Positions 59,860 to 63,937 of a DNA stretch of 63,937 nt are shown here, piece by piece (within the stretch, counting starts at the first letter, position 1; each line of letters opens with the position of its first letter). This stretch comes from an uncultured Gammaproteobacteria bacterium. Its GTDB lineage: Bacteria; Patescibacteriota; Microgenomatia; CAZTEW01. The position numbers and the translations under genes are program-made. A model generated the notes under the pieces. It saw nothing but the letters and a program-made list of their open reading frames with translations, did not search any database and was not told where the DNA came from. The stretch is from positions 1-63,937 of the forward strand of contig CAZTEW010000002.1 of NCBI GenBank assembly GCA_964612215.1, written 5' to 3'.

Positions 59860-60775
59860 TGGTTTTCCGCAACCCTTCTTCTAATCCGATCATCGGTTGC
59901 CATTTAAGGATTTTTTTAGCCTGGCTAATGTCCGGCTGACGCTTAACCGGATCATCAGTCGGTAAGCTTTCGAACTTAATTACCGACCGGCTTTGAGTCA
60001 TGGCTTTAATCAGTTTTGCCAAGTCAATTATCCGAATTTCTTCAGGCGACCCTAAATTAAAAATTTCTCCATTAGTCTGCTCATTGTTCATCGCTTTCAG
60101 TAGACCATCAACCATGTCGCTGACAAAACAAAAAGAGCGGGTTTGTTGGCCCTGGCCAAAAACAGTGATTGGTTCGTCCCTGAGAGCTTGATTAATGAAA
60201 GTCGAAACCACCCGGCCGTCATCAGAGCGCATTTTCGGACCATAAGTGTTAAAAATGCGGCTAATCCTGAGATCGAGATTAAACTGGCGCTGATAATTAA
60301 CACCAAGGGCTTCGGCAAATCTCTTCGCCTCATCATAACAAGCTCGCGGCCCAACCGGATTCGCATTTCCCCAGTAAGTTTCTTTTTGCGGATGTTCTTG
60401 GGGATCGCCATAAACCTCAGAAGTAGAAGCCAGTAAAAAGCGGGCTTGATTTTGCTTAGCCAACTCCAATAAATGATAAGTACCGAGCGAGTTGGTCATT
60501 AAGGTTTCAATCGGATACTTCTGGTAATCAACCGGCGAAGCCGGCGAAGCTAGGTGATAGATAAAATCAATTGAAAATTTAAAATTTAAAATTGAAAATT
60601 TAGTAATATCTTCTTCTATTAAAGAAAATTTTGGGTTTTTCAGAAAAGAGGCTATATTTTCACGACGGCCGGTAATAAAATTATCCAAACAAATTACCTG
60701 ATGGCCTACCTGCAGAAGCTTTTCGACTAAATGGGCGCCAATAAAGCCCGCGCCGCCGGCAATCAAACTTTTCAT
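59837..60775 (-). CDS. uxs: UDP-glucuronate decarboxylase (UDP-xylose synthase), extended SDR
   Basis: 312 aa. GGAGFIGAHL, IYHLASPASP, STSEVYGDPQEHPQKETYWGNANPVGPRACYDEAKRFAE and RIFNTYGP closely match canonical UXS motifs. Confidence 0.85.
   Translation of the reverse strand: MKSLIAGGAGFIGAHLVEKLLQVGHQVICLDNFITGRRENIASFLKNPKFSLIEEDITKFSILNFKFSIDFIYHLASPASPVDYQKYPIETLMTNSLGTYHLLELAKQNQARFLLASTSEVYGDPQEHPQKETYWGNANPVGPRACYDEAKRFAEALGVNYQRQFNLDLRISRIFNTYGPKMRSDDGRVVSTFINQALRDEPITVFGQGQQTRSFCFVSDMVDGLLKAMNNEQTNGEIFNLGSPEEIRIIDLAKLIKAMTQSRSVIKFESLPTDDPVKRQPDISQAKKILKWQPMIGLEEGLRKTIDYYENR
60571..60601. repeat. Period-7 repeat (TTGAAAA TTTAAAA TTTAAAA TTGAAAA) inside the uxs CDS
   Basis: Encodes KFSILNFKFSI. 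This loop is about 4 residues longer than the equivalent HDVVEPLYIEVDQIY segment of canonical UXS as I recall it. Confidence 0.8.
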
Positions 60776-61740
60776 CGTCTTTTTTCTCGTTCCAAATCAG
60801 CTTCAACCATCATTGTCACTAGGTCTTTAAAGCTGACTTCTGGCCGCCAACCCAGGATTTTTCTCGCTCGGGAAGCATCAGCTAAAAGCTGGTCAACTTC
60901 TGATGGCCGTAAAAATTCTTCATCACTTTCAACGTACTGGCGCCAGTTTTTAAGACCGGCGACTTTGAAGGCCTCTTCCACAAATTCTTTTACCGAGTGG
61001 TTTTCAGCCATACCGACGACAAAATCCGATGGTTCTTTTTGCTGCAGCATTAAGCGCATCGCCCGCACATAGTCGCCGGCAAACCCCCAATCCCGCCGGG
61101 CTTCTAAATTGCCTAAAACTAGCTTTTTTTGCCGGCCGAGTTTAATCCGGGCGACCCCTAGGCTAATTTTTCTAGTAACAAACTCGAGCCCGCGACGAGG
61201 ACTCTCGTGGTTAAACAGAATGCCGGAAACCGCAAAAAGCCGATAGGCTTCGCGATAATTAATCGTTATCCAATGGCCATAAACTTTAGCCACTCCATAG
61301 GGACTCCGGGGATGAAACCGGGTTTTTTCGTTCTGCGGCGTCTCTTCTGCCTGGCCGTACATCTCGCTGCTCGAAGCCTGATAAAATTTCGCTTTCGGAC
61401 AGACATGACGCATCGCTTCCAGCATCCGCGTCACTCCCAAAGCCGTCGCCTCACCAGTATAAACTGGCTGCTGAAAAGAAGAGCCGACAAAAGACTGAGC
61501 AGCTAAGTTGTAAATCTCATCCGGCTTAACTTTCTTCATCGCTCGAATCAGAGAATACTGGTCTAGAAGATCAGCGTCAACCAGCTCAATTTTATCCAGC
61601 AGGTGGCTAATTCTCTCACAGCCGTTAGTGCTCAGGCGGCGCTGCAAACCAAAAATCTGGTAATTCAAATCCAGCAGATGCTCGGCCAGATAGGAACCGT
61701 CTTGGCCGGTAATGCCGGTAATCAAGGCCTTCTTTTTCAT
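60772..61740 (-). CDS. gmd: GDP-mannose 4,6-dehydratase
   Basis: 322 aa. ALITGITGQDGSYLAEHLL, GLQRRLSTNGCERISHL, ASSSEMYG and RSPYGVAKVYGHW motifs. Confidence 0.8.
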   Translation of the reverse strand: MKKKALITGITGQDGSYLAEHLLDLNYQIFGLQRRLSTNGCERISHLLDKIELVDADLLDQYSLIRAMKKVKPDEIYNLAAQSFVGSSFQQPVYTGEATALGVTRMLEAMRHVCPKAKFYQASSSEMYGQAEETPQNEKTRFHPRSPYGVAKVYGHWITINYREAYRLFAVSGILFNHESPRRGLEFVTRKISLGVARIKLGRQKKLVLGNLEARRDWGFAGDYVRAMRLMLQQKEPSDFVVGMAENHSVKEFVEEAFKVAGLKNWRQYVESDEEFLRPSEVDQLLADASRARKILGWRPEVSFKDLVTMMVEADLEREKRR

Positions 61741-62693
61741 TTTCTCGATAACATTTCTAGGTCGTAATTAGTCATTTTTTCAATCATTTTTTCAAAAGAA
61801 ACGCTGGGTTGCCAGCCTAAGATTCTTTTCGCCCGGGAAGCGTCGCCGAGTCTTTTTTCCGGTCCTTCCCGGCGGAAAAATTCCCGCTTCACTACCACGG
61901 ACTGCTGCCAATCTAGGCCGACGGCTGCAAAAGCAATTTTACAAATATCTTCCACTGAATGCAACTTGCCGCTGGCAATCACATAGTCCCCTGGACCCTT
62001 TTGCTGCAGCATCAGCCAGGCCGCCAGGACATAATCCGGCGCATAACCCCAGTCGCGTTGAGCCGTCAAATTGCCCAATTCCAGCTTCTTGGCTAAACCC
62101 AGTTTAATTTTGGCCGCACCTTGGGTGATTTTCCGGGTGACAAACTCTGGCGGCCGGCGCTCTGACTCGTGATTGTAAAAAATGGCGGAACAGGCATAAA
62201 GTCCGTATTTCTCTCGAAAAGACTGCACCAGAAAATGAGCAAAGGCCTTAGAGGCGGCGTAGGGATTCAGCGGCATAATCGGCGTTTTTTCGTTCTGCGG
62301 ACTTTTTGCCGTCCGGCCGAAAATTTCGGCTGATGAAGCTTGGAAGAATCTAGTTTTGGGTAATTTTTCCTGAATGATTTCTAAAATCCGTCCGACTCCT
62401 AAAGCATTGACATCAGCCACTAAGCTGGGCTTTTGCCAGGAAAGAGGCATAAAACTAATGGCCGCCAGATTATAAAGCTCATCGGGCTTTACCGCGGTCA
62501 TCACTCGTTCCAGAGAATTTTTGTCCTGTAGGTCGCCTTGATAAATCTTAATCTTCTCCTGAACCGGCAGAATATTAGCCAGGCTTTCTTTTTTCAAAAC
62601 TAAGCCGGCCACCTGGTAGCCTTTTTCCAAAAGCAGTTCTGTTAAATAAGAACCATCCTGACCGGCAATGCCGGTAATCAAAGCCTTCTTCAT
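61737..62693 (-). CDS. GDP-mannose 4,6-dehydratase-like SDR (divergent tandem paralogue)
   Basis: 318 aa. ALITGIAGQDGSYLTELLL, ASSAEIFG and NPYAASKAFAHF motifs. Lacks the RRxSxFNTxRIxHL segment of canonical GMD. Confidence 0.65.
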   Translation of the reverse strand: MKKALITGIAGQDGSYLTELLLEKGYQVAGLVLKKESLANILPVQEKIKIYQGDLQDKNSLERVMTAVKPDELYNLAAISFMPLSWQKPSLVADVNALGVGRILEIIQEKLPKTRFFQASSAEIFGRTAKSPQNEKTPIMPLNPYAASKAFAHFLVQSFREKYGLYACSAIFYNHESERRPPEFVTRKITQGAAKIKLGLAKKLELGNLTAQRDWGYAPDYVLAAWLMLQQKGPGDYVIASGKLHSVEDICKIAFAAVGLDWQQSVVVKREFFRREGPEKRLGDASRAKRILGWQPSVSFEKMIEKMTNYDLEMLSRK

Positions 62694-63937
62694 CTCCGGC
62701 CCACTCCTTCGTAGATAAAACCAAGTTTCTTTAATTTTTCCGGGTTAAAAAAGTTGCGGCCGTCAACGACAATCGGTTGACGCATCAAGCCTTTCACTTG
62801 CTGCCAGTCCAAATCCTGAAATTCACTCCACTCGGTCACCAAAACTAAAACATCAGCGCCTTTGACTGCCTGATAAGCATCCGCGGCATAGCTGATTTTT
62901 TTCAGAATTTTTTTCGCATTCTTCATCGCCGCCGGATCATAAGCGCTGATTTTTGCGCCCAAGCGCTGCAGTTTTTTAATTAACAACACGCTCCGCGCTT
63001 CCCGTAAATCATCAGTCTCGGGTTTAAAAGCCAGGCCTAGAACCGCCACCACCTTACCTTTTAAATCACCGCCGAGCCGGCGGCTGATTTTAGCGCTAAA
63101 ATAGTCAATCTGGGTGCGGTTGATTTTGTCCACGGCTCGCAAAAAACCGAAATCAACCTTTTGCTGTTTGGCAAAAGCAGTCAAAGCCCAGGTATCTTTT
63201 GGGAAACATGAACCGCCGTAGCCGAGGCCGGCTTGCAGGAAATCTCTGCCGATGCGCGGATCCAGACCCAAACCTGCCGCCACTTTGATAATGTCAGCGC
63301 CGGTTTGATCGCAAAGCCGGGCAATCAGATTAATAAAAGAAATCTTGGTGGATAAAAAGGCATTGGCGGCATACTTAATTGTCTGGCTGCTTTTGGCATC
63401 GCAAATCACTTGCGGCGCCTTGATAGGCTGATGCAGTTTTTGCAATAGTTTCACCGCCCGGTAATTGTCGGCGCCAATGACAATTCGGCTCGGATGCAAC
63501 GCGTCATGGACTGCCGAACCCTCGCGCAGGAATTCCGGACAGGCCGCCAAATCAAACGGCATTTTAGTGACCTGTTCCATAATTTCTTTTACCTGGTCGT
63601 TAGTGCCCGGCGGCACCGTGCTTTTGATGACCACTAAAGCATAGCCAGCTAGATTCCGGGCGATTGATTCTGCCGCCTGAAAAACATAGTCTAAATTATA
63701 ATCACCGTTACTTTTAGCCGGCGTGCCGACGCAGATGAAAACGATTTCCGCTCCGGCCAGGGCTTGCTGATATGAAGTGGTGAATTTTAATCTGCCGGCA
63801 TCAATATTTTTCTGAAGCAATTCTTTTAAACCAGGCTCGTAAAAAGGGACAGTTTTTGCTTTTAAACTTTTAATTTTCAATTTGTCTACGTCTAAGCCAT
63901 AAACCTGATTCCCTAAATCGGCAAAAACCGCCGCCGT
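62690..63937 (-). CDS. ugd: UDP-glucose 6-dehydrogenase, 5'-truncated by the window edge
   Basis: VPFYEPGL, FICVGTP, GGSCFPKD and LGLAFKPETDD motifs. The frame stays open upstream of the ORF-track TTG to nt 63937 (..TAAVFADLGNQVYGLDVDKLKIKSL), so the Rossmann N-terminus lies outside the window. Confidence 0.85.
   Translation of the reverse strand, partial: TAAVFADLGNQVYGLDVDKLKIKSLKAKTVPFYEPGLKELLQKNIDAGRLKFTTSYQQALAGAEIVFICVGTPAKSNGDYNLDYVFQAAESIARNLAGYALVVIKSTVPPGTNDQVKEIMEQVTKMPFDLAACPEFLREGSAVHDALHPSRIVIGADNYRAVKLLQKLHQPIKAPQVICDAKSSQTIKYAANAFLSTKISFINLIARLCDQTGADIIKVAAGLGLDPRIGRDFLQAGLGYGGSCFPKDTWALTAFAKQQKVDFGFLRAVDKINRTQIDYFSAKISRRLGGDLKGKVVAVLGLAFKPETDDLREARSVLLIKKLQRLGAKISAYDPAAMKNAKKILKKISYAADAYQAVKGADVLVLVTEWSEFQDLDWQQVKGLMRQPIVVDGRNFFNPEKLKKLGFIYEGVGRR

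Overview
Nearly the whole 63.9-kb window is one tightly packed glycosylation super-locus, with almost all genes on the minus strand. Many gene junctions are 4-nt ATGA stop/start overlaps. I count 26 polytopic membrane proteins that look like lipid-carrier-dependent GT-C glycosyltransferases. They fall into a TMTC/TPR-like protein, a PIG-V-like protein, six 'family A' HDGxxH/YWLPAL/YFPGW proteins, five YfhO-like proteins, five PMT/ArnT-like 'family C' proteins, two 'family E' proteins, two GT87/DUF2029-like proteins and four others. Interleaved with them are 11 GT2 and 2 GT4 glycosyltransferases, a Wzx-type flippase, a DedA protein, a GT2-GtrA fusion and a SAM methyltransferase. A sugar-nucleotide block sits at the 3' edge (ugd truncated by the window, two gmd-like genes, uxs). 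One IS200/RAYT-like Y1 transposase gene sits near the 5' end, bracketed by inverted hairpins. Gene content and style suggest a CPR/Patescibacteria-like genome, but this is inference only. The most unusual signal is at the nucleotide level. Several families of GC-rich palindromic micro-elements are embedded in frame inside otherwise unrelated ORFs, with 100% identical copies in non-homologous genes. They are read in different frames and occupy the same loop hot spots in paralogues. There is also a set of period-7 tandem repeats that encode transmembrane helices. The only sizeable non-coding region (57680-58024) carries a sigma70-like promoter, self-complementary segments and a perfect 12-bp hairpin, so it may encode a structured RNA. 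No tRNA, rRNA, CRISPR array or prophage was seen.
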